A DNA stretch of 64,000 nt, taken from contig NC_092673.1 in NCBI RefSeq assembly GCF_964355755.1, positions 35,647,648-35,711,647 on the forward strand, written 5' to 3'. Positions 13,389 to 25,584 of this stretch are shown here, in pieces. Each line of letters opens with the position of its first letter. Within the stretch, counting starts at the first letter, position 1. The DNA comes from Antedon mediterranea (Eukaryota; Animalia; Echinodermata). A model generated the notes under the pieces. That model made no database searches and was not told the origin of the DNA. It was given only the letters and a program-made list of their open reading frames with translations. The position numbers and the translations under genes are program-made.

Positions 13389-14671
13389 GGAAAAATGAAT
13401 AAGACGTTTTGATATCGTTTATATTCTTTAAAATCTATATTATAAAAACAAAAATGTAGAAATTGTAATTATTATTACATAATTCGAAATATTTCATAAA
13501 ATGTAATATAGAAATTAAAACCCATCCTTACAATAGATTTTAAGTTCTGTATTGTTTTGTACGATCATGTCAATAATAGCCTATTAACTCATCTACAAGG
13601 TTAATACGAATACGAATTGAAGAAATCAAAATTATTCATAACAATAATATTTTAAAACAAAAGAAGGAATGTACTAAATGGTCAAGACATGATGATGACA
13701 TGATAAACGTCATGATTAAACTCCAGACTACATTTTTTGGGCACTGTATTCAAACACATACCTGTTTATGTAATCTGGAATGTCTGAACATATAGAAATT
13801 ATTTTATACCTCCTTTGCCAGATTTTTTTAAATCTGTACTTGCATGTCCCTGAACGTGTAATACAGTAGGTATACTAAAGCATATTATTATTATATCCTT
13901 ACACAACTAAAAAGTTGTAAACAAACAAAGCATGCATTCAGTATATTTTATTTAACATAATAGTAAAAGATATTAGTAGTTCAATTTCAATCAATATCTA
14001 ATATCTATGTGGTGCAAAGTGTACAAAATCAGATATCCAACTTTGGATTATACATTTTATATATTTTATTAAATTCTATATTTTCTGTACCTCTCCATTC
14101 AAAATTGCACAATATATATACTTATATATAATATAAACACATCAGGCATAGAGCATTAATTCTAAACTACCCGGTGATATACTAAAATTTAATTAATTAA
14201 TTTGAAACGATAAAGATGAGGAAATCTGTGAGAATGAAAAAGCGTCACCTCAACCGAGACTCGAACACAGAACCTTCAGATTCAGATAATATTTATTTAG
14301 ATTATAATGAATGAATATATACAAAATAGAAAAAAGATATTAAAGTGAACATAGATAAAGCAGTAATTGGTAGTCATTATTATCATGGATCCCTTCTAGA
14401 AGTTAAAAACTTGTCTCGTAACAAAACACATTACTAAAAAAATTAAAAAATAACCTTGATATGCAGATGTCCTAACCATTAGACCACTGGGTTCAAACTC
14501 GATTGGATAATAAAACATGTTAAATGTGTATTCACTGTTTAGTTCCTCAGTTTATGAAAACTGAGGAAAATTAACAATTCAAAAGATTTTCTGTTTTATA
14601 TTGTCAAAATTAAATAATATATTTAATTATTGAAAATAAATTTACTCACAAACGGCTAATTTAATACATAA

Positions 14672-15412
14672 AATGTGAATGTCTATGTGAACATTAATGT
14701 ATTTTGTAGCTACTGTTTGTAATCTAGGTCTATGCTTCAGTCAGGATTTTGTTGTTTGAATGTGAATGTCTATGTGTAGATGTACATTAATGTATTCTGT
14801 AGCTACTGTTTGTGATCTAGGTCTATGCTCCAGTCAGGATTTTGTTGTTTGAATGTGAATGTCTATGTGTAGATGAACATTAATGTATTCTGTAGCTACT
14901 GTTTGTAATCTAGGTCTATGCTCCAGTCAGGATTTTGTTGTTTGAATGTGAATGTCTATGTGTAGATGTACATTAATGTTATTCTGTAGCTACGGTTTGT
15001 AATCTAGGTCTATGCTCCAGTCAGGATTTTGTTGTTTGAATGTGAATGTCTATGTGTAGATGTACATTAATGTATTCTGTAGCTACTGTTTGTAATCTAG
15101 GTCTATGCTCCAGTCAGGATTTTGTTGTTTGAATGTGAATGTCTATGTGTAGATGTACATTAATGTTATTCTGTAGCTACTGTTTGTAATCTAGGTCTAT
15201 GCTCCAGTCAGGATTTTGTTGTTTGAATGTGAATGTCTATGTGTAGATGTACATTAATGTATTCTGTAGCTACTGTTTGTAATCTAGGTCTATGCTCCAG
15301 TCAGGATTTTGTTGTTTGAATGTGAATGTCTATGTGTAGATGTACATTAATGTATTCTGTAGCTACTGTTTGTAATCTAGGTCTATGCTCCAATCGGGAT
15401 TTTGTTGTTTGA
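14672..15412. repeat. 93-bp tandem repeat, 8 copies, containing the last 16 codons and stop of the RLR gene
   Basis: agctactgtttgtaatctaggtc starts at 14708, 14801, 14894, 14988, 15081, 15175, 15268 and 15361. Each copy reads approximately FKQQNPDWSIDLDYKQ* on the minus strand. Confidence 0.95.
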
Positions 15413-18400
15413 AATTATTTATATCCAATGGCTCAACTTTAAATGGAGATTCTTTCCACTTTTTAACAGTTTTTCTCTTTCTATCTGCACATTTCTCTAA
15501 CACGAAACTTACAATTTTTATAACCGCAAAATTCATACTACTAATAGTGACAATAACACCCCAATCATGGTTACATTTTTTGCATGCAACTTTTCCATTT
15601 TTGTAGATGTCATCGCCTATAACCTTTGGCTTTGGGTGTTTTTGTGTAAGAATTTTTCCATAGAATTCTTGGTCAACAATGAGATGGTTAGAGTCGTTAA
15701 ATACTTTGACATCTGTTGAATAACACGCGAATTCTGAACATTTACCACAAAGAAGTTTGTATCTAGTTTCTGTCCTCTTCTGCTGCCGCTCCCTTTCTCT
15801 TTTTTCCGACATAAATTGTTCACGTAGATCAATAGTCTGCAGTGCCAGCAACTCTTCCTTTAGTTGATCTTTTGGTAATTTTGAAAGTGTGCGTACACTC
15901 TTTGTCATAAATTGGTGACGGATTTTGTTCGCTTGGTCACGCTCTTCGAAGTTAAACTCAGTGGAAGCAATCATGTAGAATTTGCTGTTTTTTTGGCGAA
16001 CTCTCCCTACATAAAAATAATTGAGAAGAACGTAATCAGAATTCTAGGTAGGCAAGCTTAGAAATAATACCTTTTGTAAATACTGTTTTACTTCTTGTAG
16101 AAATGGATCACTTACATTAGTTTGACAAACAAGTGTGATGTGCCCAAATATGGTAGTGATATGACATCATGTCCATATATGGGTGCATCACATTTTTTGT
16201 CACATAAAGTTTGATAGTGTAGACAGAGCTTTAGCAACAAATGACAAAGAAAGCTTTCTGAAAATAAATGTTTACGAGAATCATTATTTTTTTGCCAACT
16301 GAGTCCTAGAAGTATGTACCTTTAGCTTGGGTCCTTCCAACATCACTACTCATGTAGTTGTAGCGGAAAACCAAGTTGCAAGCTGGAACATCAGTTCCCT
16401 CTTCAACAACGTTTGTTCCGACCAGAATGTTGCATCTGTTTTCCTTGAAATTTTCAAGAACAGTATGCTGATCGACGGCAGTCATTTCTGTGAATATTAG
16501 ATTTTGTTTTAAAAAAAATGTCAGATTCTCCTGATTAATTATATAAAACCATACAGTAGCTAATGTAGCATTCCATCAATACTACTGCAAGTCTATCTGG
16601 TATAGAACAAAGCCAAGAATTTCAACTTTAGTTTAAATTACTTGATAAAATAGAGTTATACGAAAATTCTATTAATATTGATGGTGTATTGTATCTTTGT
16701 GAGATGGATAGCTTATTTTTTTTAATTTATATTATTAGGCCTACTTATTATACAGTGTTATTACATGTATACACTATACAATGATAATAGGAGTACATGT
16801 TACTACAATTACATTATACAAATAACAGAATTAAATACCTACCGCTTGATCCAAAAACCTTTTCTGGCTTAAGAAATGAAAGTCTCTCGTTCTCTTTTAT
16901 CCAGCTATACATTGCGTCAACAGTAGTGCGTTTGGTACAGAAAATGATTGCATGTGCATTCACCTTTGTTTTATATTCACCAATCAGGACATCTTCAAGT
17001 TTTGATAGTAAGGGGTTTTCAAATTTCTTCTCTCCGCTCACATATTGTAACTCCTCTTCTCTATCTGTTAAAAGTCATTATGGTTATTTTTATTTATTTT
17101 TTAACTAAACAACATAATTTTCATTATAACAAACCTATATCCTTCCTATTGAATGCTTGATGTATAGTGTGTAATGCATTATTTGAAATATTTGAAACCA
17201 TCCTTAAATTAGGTATTTTTGTACTTTTAGGTTTTTTAAGTAAACATTTTTAGATTTTTTTAGAGTGCTATATGGCCTATAGAGCCTTGCATTTGCTAAT
17301 CATTTACATTATCATTTAGGACTATTGTTTTAATTTACCTTTAAAGAGCCGTATAAGCTGCTTATCATCTTCATTCAATCCGTCTGAACGGGTGCTTTCC
17401 TCTTTCTTGATGAATTCTTTGATGAACCGGAGGGCGTCCTGAATTCGGCAAATTTTATTCATCTTAAGTGCATCATTATATTTCTGAAATTTCATTAAAT
17501 TAAAAAAAATTAAATAATAGTTGCTGTATGATTGTGATTTATAATATTAATAGAAAAAAATAGAACTTTAAATACTACTGTAGCTAATAACACATACCCT
17601 CAGGTGTTCACCACCTGTTCTCATTAACCGTAACAAGCTATCATTTGATGTAACACACTCTGGGGAATGAGATATGAATTTCTCTACACCTTGCTCATAA
17701 GAACTAGTGCCTTTGACAGACTTAGTAAAATTGAACAAGTCTGCAAGTCCTTCAGACATGGTACCTAAAGAAAAAAACAAATAATATAGCATGTATGTTT
17801 ACAGTACTGTATATACTGTACACGGAGATATATTACAGGAAGGGGTTTAATCAAATGCATGTGAAGAAAGTGTCTAAGGAATATATCTTGTACTAAAGTG
17901 AAGATACCAACCTTGTTTGTGTACTCTCTCCCCCATAATCTTTTCAATTTCTGACATGATGGTCACTATTTCAGTTTTAAATGGGTCAGCATCATCTGAC
18001 CGTGGTTTGACCATTATTGGATCAACTGAAGACAAAAAAAGTTTGAATAAATCTGTCAACAGCTTATCTAAATATGGTAGTGATATGACATCATCATGTC
18101 CATATATGGGCACATCACATTTTGTTGTCACATAAAGTTTATAGTGCAGACAGAGCTTTATACTTACTTTCTTCTGGAGGATTCACGTGCAAGCGGTATT
18201 CATCATCATTTTCATCTGGAATGGAAATCTCATCTGCATCAAGGTTTGCGAATATACTTTTAGCGTACTCATCAGATTTCTCCTGGCTGGATGCTCTTCC
18301 AGTTCCTATGCTCGCTGTCAAACCTACAATCTAATAAAAACAATTTTATTTTATTTATTTATTTAATCACACTCTTGTTTACAACAAGACCAGCGAATTC

Positions 18401-21400
18401 TGGATTATGAGTATAAAAATATATAATATAGCAATTAAAATAAACACAGATAAAAACATTAAACCAAATAACACTTTTAACAGTCTTAAAACACCAAACA
18501 ACAATTGTACTAGTAACTTTGTTTGTATACAGAAATATTTACTTTTATTTATATTTTCTATCTCCTTCTACCTCCTAATCATCATCTTTAATTGCACCAC
18601 CTCTTTAGTAACCTAGCAACTCTTCTTTAGTGTAATCATTATTTAATTATCAGAAGGCCCATGCCTTAGTTACCATAATCATTCTCAGTATTTTAATAAT
18701 AGAAAATTGTGAGCTCATACATACCTGTGGCAATGTTGCTTTTTCATCTTCAAGTTTTCTTCTCCGATACTTTGCCATTATTATGTTGTATGGATTCTGG
18801 CCCTACAAATAAAAGGACACTCATAACCAATGATAATGATGACTAACAATGAACTTTGACCTCACATTTAATTTGATGAATACTATATAAATGTACTTAC
18901 ATGACAATGATGGCATTCATCGAATACCAGCATCGTAAAGTCATCAATTTTGAGTTCATTTTTCTCAAGTGCGTTCACCAACATCTGTGCGGTTAGGAAT
19001 ATGATGTCGTTATTTTCTACCGCATTCTTCAACGTAGCTAACTGCTGCACGTTGTCACCAATCAGTTGAGCCAGTCTCAGTGACTCTGGCATGTATTTTT
19101 TAAATAAGTCATGTTGTTGTGATACCAGAGAAATCTAAAAATACATATTAAAAATCAGAATTGCAAACAGCAAGGTTTATCTAAATTTAAGCAATAAGAT
19201 AAACATTCACTGTAATGAGGCTATAGCTACAGTCACAGTGTGCATATGTAATTTAAATTTGTCTATATGCATGGTTGACTATGCATGTATGTAAATATTT
19301 TCTCCATTATGGTTGATTTTGCGGACGATTCTTAGTTTTCTATCACCACGGTCAGCCAGAGGTCCAAGGCCTTGTTTTCAAGGTTGACCGTGCTGTAGAC
19401 GTACACTCAACCATGGATCAAAAATTACGTGCACGGTTGACCATGCCATTGGTATTGCTGACCATGCCGATAGCCACTACAAACTGAGCATTTTGGCAGG
19501 TAATTATATAGAATTTAAACTCTTACCGTGTTTACAAGAAATATGACTTTTTTAGGTTTAACATTCAACTTTGCTTCTTGTTCTTTGATGTGTTCTCTCA
19601 CAAAATGGACAGCTACCACCGTTTTACCAGATCCTGTGTGCGATATGATGATTGTATTTTGGCCACCAATAACAGGTTTTGCCAACGTTATTTGATAGTT
19701 GCGCAACACTAACTCCTTTGATTTAGCTTTTTCTTGTTTCTCTAAGAGAACAAGCAGTAAATATAAAAAAAATAATATCCATCCATATTTAGAAACTCTC
19801 TTGAAATTGGAAAATCTTCCAAAAAAATATGAATACAAACAAACTTTAAAAAAAAAGTTTACACTTAAAACATCACATAGAAAAAACTCTACACAAAATA
19901 AATGCATAAGCATAGTTACAACAAAGTTCAACACTCGGAATCAATTAAAACCCTTAACATTAATGTAACATTTGCCTCAATTAATAAAACTAAAATTACA
20001 GATATAAAGGTTGACATAATTCTTACCTTTTCCATCGTCATATTTTTCATTAATTGTTTCCTTGTCCGAGTCAGAGTCTTCTGCTCTATACTGATTTTGA
20101 ATATCTGAAAAAAGGAGGAATGATCAATGGGTTATTAATTATTTTAGGACTGGTGTCAATTAAGAGAATAAAAGCATACAGGTATAGTACTGTTTTATTC
20201 AGGTAGGATCTAAAAAAAGTTATAGGGAATAAAAATGGAAAAATACAAAATGATTAGCAGTGCATGCTTAATTATTTGTTGCTACGTTTACTTCATCTGT
20301 AAATGAGTCAAACCCCAAGGGAACCAAACCCCAGGTCAAAGGTGATGGATTCTCCTCCGCCTTCAATGCTTGAAGAATTATCAATGGGATATTATGGGAA
20401 TTGGACTGTTCCAGTTTTTGTTAAGGGTATCAATTAAGAGAATAAAAGCATACAGGTACAGTACTGTTTTATTCAGGATGTCATGTATGTAAATCAAATT
20501 TATTTACTATTTGAATTTTCATTTGATTCCTCTTCAATTGACTCGTTTGCAGTTGGAACATTTTCTGATGCAAATAAAAAATAAAACATTTGAAATAATA
20601 GTGAGAAAACAATGGAAAAACTTCTAAAGACCGTAACAGCCATCAATAAGAAACATTACCTTAGATTATTTTAAAATTATAAACATATCTTTACCTTCTT
20701 CCAATGGTTGCAATAACTCGACCAATTCGGCATAATCTGCTTCACGTAATGCAGAAATCAACTCTTTAAACCATTCATCGCCCCCACGCTGTACACGAAT
20801 GAGAAGTTCAGCTGTTGCGATCGTAGCACCAAGGCGGTCAATACTCGTACGTATACATTCCTTATCTTCTGTGGAAAGGGTTGGCAAATTTCGAAGGAGA
20901 TTCCCTGGCTCGACAGTCTCAAGTAAATCGGATTCAAATACTTGAAGAAGACCTCTATGTTCAGTCATATCTTGAAAATCCAGAAGACCTGTGATGTAAT
21001 CTGCAACATCCTTATTTCTTGGAGTGGCTATTATAAGAAAATAATTGCTTGTTTTATTACTATTCCTTCAGTGACGTTTATTTACTGCCAGAATAACTTT
21101 GTGGGAAGAGCTGTCAATTAGTCACTGCATGCAGACAATGTATATCAATTGTACATTGCATATTATTCATGTCTCTACTACTACAGTCAACTTTCCCAAT
21201 ACTGGACTCTCTAAAAACAGGAAAGTCTAAACAAATCAGACTTTTCTTTTCCAAAAATGTCTCAAATTCATTTTTACCATTAGAAACGGATTTTCCATAA
21301 AACCAGACATAATAAGCCAGCTCAAAGGTGTCCGGTATTGGGAGAGCTGATTGTACATTGTAAGCTAAGCACTTATTACGGTTTAATTTAGGCCTAGGGC

Positions 21401-23546
21401 GAGCTTTGCTTTGCAAATATGGTCTGGATGCAACTAAATATTGCAAATAAGCACAAGAAAATGTTTGTTGGAATAGAGGCGGGGCGGATCCAGAAATAGC
21501 ACTTCCGGGTCGCGCACTTCCCTTGTTGACAGTCAATGAAATGATGTAACTACTTTTGGTATCCATTTTTGACAGGACTATCAATATTATTACTGTACAG
21601 TATGTTAGCGCTTCATTGTTAAACAACACTGTAGAGGGCGACCTACCTTCATCATTACTTAACGCAGACAAGAAACTTTTAAACCATCCCTGTTCGTTGC
21701 AACTTGCCAATAAGTCAAGAATCTTATCAACAATCTTCGAATCTGGGGTACCACTTTGTTTCAATGACTGGATCACATCTTGTTGGTCTTAGGGAGAAAA
21801 ATAACTTTATAGTAAAACTAGAGTTGAACTCGTCACTAGGGACGAGTTAGGTTATCCGCAGCGCAAACGCCCCGTGCATGTCGTACGTTAGAATATTGCG
21901 CACAGGAAAACGATTATGCCATTGAAAAAAATGTTATTGTGCTCTCTATTTTATGTCACGTCTAAGTGCATACAGTACTGTATACGTACTACATAAAGTG
22001 AAGAATAGGTGAAAATAAGTTACCAAAGTTATTAACGCTTTTGCACATGATGACGTAATCACAATTTGAAAAATCGTAAATCATGTGAAAGATAATTGAT
22101 TGACCAAGACAATATAAAAAAATGGAGGGAAAGGGAATACGGATAAGAGATGCGCTCTATTAAATGTGATGAGCTATGACAAAAGAGACAAAATCCTATA
22201 TTTTATATTCGAGTGGCCATACGATGACGTCACAATGTCCGGTTAGCCATATTGATGCATGATCCGATATCAACAACTCATCTACTTCCCGAATATGTAA
22301 TAAAAAATAAACTTCACCATGTAGTTTAGAAACTATGACTGTTTAAAAAAGGGCATAATTTTGAGGAAAGTTTGAACTTTTTCATCAAAAACGCGCGCAA
22401 ATTGTCCAATTTTTATGACGTGATTTTAAGTCGAAATTGTTTGAAAGTTGGTAAAATTACTAGAAAAGGCTGAAAAAACATAAATTACGCGAAAAAATAC
22501 TTTTTTTTTGCGCTACATGCGCACGCGCACGTAAAAAAATAGCGCACGCGTGGGAATTTTTTTAATGCTCAAAATGACATGAAACGCGTAGAAAGTTGAT
22601 TAGAAATTTTCGCATTTTGAAATTTTAAACACACGTGCGCGCGTAACTTTCTTTCAAACATACCATTTTTAATCCATAGAAAGTTTACCCTTGATATGAC
22701 TTTAAATTGACTTTGGTTTTTAATCTATGATCAATCATTGAAATTTATAAGCGTAACTTACGCTGCGCGACTCGAAAATCATAAAACAAAGTTTCTTGCA
22801 CAATGTTCAAACATCTACAGCTACAGGTCAATCTTATGACAAAGTTATACAATCTTATGTTGGCCAAAATTATAGATACGCTGCAAACAAAATTCGTGGA
22901 AAGAAAGAAGAACATAGAAAAAAATAAAAAATAAAAACGTGACAATAACAAGGGGTTATCCGCCAAGTGCGGATAACCAATAAATGACAGATTATATAAA
23001 AATAATAATATCCTGGATTTATATAGCGCCTAATGTTGTGAAATCTCTAAGCGCAGAACATTATTGCCCCAGTCGTTTTTTTTTATCAAACAGGTATGAA
23101 AACATAATCCCATAATGCAGCTAATAATCAGCGCAAAGTTGTTTCTTGATCTAACCGTGTTCCCATTTATACACCTGGGTGGAAAGCGTAAGTATCTTTC
23201 CACACAATAGGCGGTTAGAAACATAATAATGCACAAATGACAAGACAGAAAAGAGGGAATAAAATGCATTAGGTTTATGACAATCAGTCAACTGTACCGA
23301 TAACAAAAAAATGAATTACACAGATGGTCAACTGTTCTATAGAAAAATTAAACACATGATTAAGTTTTCTGAACTGCTTTATTTTGATATAATTTAAATA
23401 CAGGAGGCTATGAATTTGATATCCGTAACCTTACCTTTAATAACTTCAATGTCAGCGTATAAAAGACTTAGAAATGAACTCGAAGGTTTCAAATTGGAAC
23501 GCAAATACCTTCTGAACACAATTATTAATTGGTGTTGTACGTCCAT
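15363..23546 (-). CDS. RIG-I-like receptor (DDX58/IFIH1 family): 2 CARDs, DECH-box SF2 helicase, Zn-binding C-terminal domain
   Basis: Exons 23546-23435, 21787-21647, 21027-20695, 20564-20508 (tentative), 20104-20027, 19741-19527, 19134-18901, 18802-18725, 18330-18168, 18025-17912, 17764-17598, 17483-17339, 17064-16843, 16487-16320, 16006-15363. Motifs: LRNYQ, HTGSGKT, VFDECHHCH, IVGLTAS, KYNDAL, ENP..KL, EEGTDVPACNLV, QAKGRVR, and CTD CGKC...CKKC..DWG...KKWK. CARDs carry GWFKSFLSAL and EWFKELISALRE. Confidence 0.95.
21817..22982 (-). mobile_element. Non-autonomous Helentron/Helitron2-type element (HINE/DINE-like) in an RLR intron
   Basis: One end has ggttatccgc-caagt-gcggataacc (subTIR plus inverted copy, ~22954-22978). 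The other has ggttatccgc beside the hairpin aactcgtc-actagg-gacgagtt and a CTAG terminus in a T/A run. Confidence 0.65.
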
Positions 23547-23607
23547 CGTTTATTTTTCAATGACTGGGCTGAAACAAAAAATCCATTCAATATAAATACA
23601 ACCGACA

Positions 23608-23692
23608 GAAATTCCATGTATGACTCATGATATGGAATTTCCGAAAAATGCATAAAAACGGAAATTCCATGTATAATGATTGGAAAATCCAA
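23608..23692. promoter_or_regulatory. Cluster of kB-like sites and an AP-1 site just upstream of the RLR start codon
   Basis: agaaattcca (~23607), TGACTCA (23621-23627), tggaatttcc (~23633), ggaaattcca (~23660), tggaaaatcc (~23682). Confidence 0.5.
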
Positions 23693-24150
23693 TTTCTATC
23701 AAGTGGTAAAGGTCCCCAATAAACTTGGGCCTAGCTAGGCCTTTACCCTCCTGATTCCTGAACTCCAATTCCCCAACTACCGTACCCCAAATTAGGCCTA
23801 CCTGTAGGCCTCCTAAACTCGATCGCTCCTCCTCCTAACACACTTCTTCACATGCCAATTCGGACCAGGATTCGATTTACAGTACCATATTGGTAAAGTC
23901 AATTCGCCTCACAAGTGTATGCAACGCAAAAAGCGCAACAAAACACTTTCTTCTTTCATATATCTGTCCTGTTTGTTTTATGAACATAGCTTTTTTGTGT
24001 ATTTATTTACATTTATAGTCAATTAATTAATAATAGCATATTTTAATTCTTCTCAGTGTGAGTGATTAAAAAATAAATTGGGTCATTTATTTTATTATTA
24101 TTTTTTATTTCACGCATAACTAAATACAGTAGGAATACTTCCACACGTAA

Positions 24151-24310
24151 AGCTCTATCTACACTATCAAACTTGTTTGATAAAAAAGTGTGATGTGCCC
24201 ATATTTAGTAGATTTATGCTTAAATATGGCAGTGATATAACATCAGCATGTCCATATATGGGCACATTACATTTTTTTGTTACATAAAGTTTGATAGTGT
24301 AGACAGAGCT
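24151..24310. mobile_element. MITE family A (PIF/Harbinger-like), representative copy; at least 12 copies in the window
   Basis: TIR agctct(g/a)tctacactatcaaact...agtttgatagtgtagacagagct with TAA on both sides. Other full or partial copies near 16120-16230, 18060-18157, 26620-26740, 26870-26995, 27890-28155 (two), 29572-29717, 30681-30816, 40237-40385, 42098-42255, 55563-55670 and 60370-60456. Confidence 0.85.
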
Positions 24311-25117
24311 TAACAATATTGTTAAATTCGATTGAGAACTGTTGTGGTCAACATCATAAAGATTTGTTGTATTCAAATTGTAGATTGTAAAATGTTTGGG
24401 CTCAACAAAAAATCTTTCGAAGAGAAAACCCTAAACAATGCAAGCTTTTTCGTAGAGAACATCTTAATGGCCAAAATACATAATATATATAAATGTTGGA
24501 TGGCAAACATAAAAAAAGAAACAGAACTTTTCACATGCGGACCTATACACATGCTTGCTCAAAGACGTACAGAGTGATACGCCCAATGTCTAACGACGAT
24601 TAGCGTTTAAGAAATGTTGAATAAATTCTCAATGGAAAAAGTCTGAATTGACTGACAAATGTTGACTTTATAACAGGTATATGAACTCTTCATTAGTTCT
24701 TTTCTTCAGGAGGTACCTTCATCCTCAGCTGCTGTGACTTATTTACTTTCTTATTTTATCAATTATAGAGATATTATAATGGGCTATAGGATGTACTGTA
24801 CACGTAAAACAAGGCAGTTTTAATCAGTCTGATTTGCCTATAATAGACACTCTACTATATAAATTCTTTGATAGAAATATTACATTTAAAATATTAAAAC
24901 TGGACTTCAAAACAAACTAGACTTATTTTTTTTTACATTTCAAATAAAACATTTATCAGTGGAAGCAGTTATGCATATTTACAGCACCATATATTACAGT
25001 GTGTTTAAAAACATCTATTATGTTATTTGTATGTATACAAACATACAGTATACAGTATGATTGAAAATGTTCATCTGGTTTGTAGGTATAAGTATCTTGA
25101 ACATATGCAACACTTGT

Positions 25118-25325
25118 AGTGAAGCTGTAGCTTGGTGGTTAACATGCTTGCCTTCCAATCTCAAGGTCCAGGGTTCAATCCTGAACCTAATTCTATGGTT
25201 GTAACTCTTTCAACTCCACTACTTAAAATGAGACTTGGTTTATAAACATGATAAATTACAAAATAGTTTAGCCATCTTGTAATTGGCGAGTTATTCGCTG
25301 TTGGATGAGTATGAAATAAAAAAAA
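25118..25325 (+). mobile_element. tRNA-derived SINE remnant
   Basis: gtagcttggtggttaacatgcttgccttccaatc...gggttcaatcc resembles pol III A and B boxes, but no complete cloverleaf is present. A-rich end. Confidence 0.45.
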
Positions 25326-25584
25326 TACAAAAACACATGTCATTATTATATGTACATTTTAAATAAAAAAATCTGGTATTAGGCACAACATGGTAATTTG
25401 TCTATGCTAAGTGAATAATAAATATCACAAACAACATACAAGCAAAAGGTACTATAGGAACCACATCGAAAGCACCAAATGTTCTCTGTCCTATTTTCAC
25501 ATACACTGCATAAAATATTTTACAATTTATAGCTGCTTTATATCATATGATATATATACTTATTTACATTAATATTTAGACAGA

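Noticed and set aside
14245-14492. tRNA-like halves (also near 455-500, 8610-8672 and 25125-25190)
   Set aside because: They are interrupted or degenerate with no complete cloverleaf, and are better explained as tRNA-derived SINE heads.
14672-15365. Stop-codon readthrough giving a repeated RLR tail (unit of 93 nt = 31 codons; context TAG CTA)
   Set aside because: A second in-frame TAG follows 11 codons later, and two units are 94 nt long.
20157-20477. Possible extra RLR linker exon between two ~48-bp direct repeats
   Set aside because: No phase-compatible acceptor/donor pair without a stop could be found.
21114-21646. C-terminal part of the 220-aa ORF 21114..21776
   Set aside because: It is read-through past the donor at 21646 into intron; only 21787-21647 is CARD-coding.
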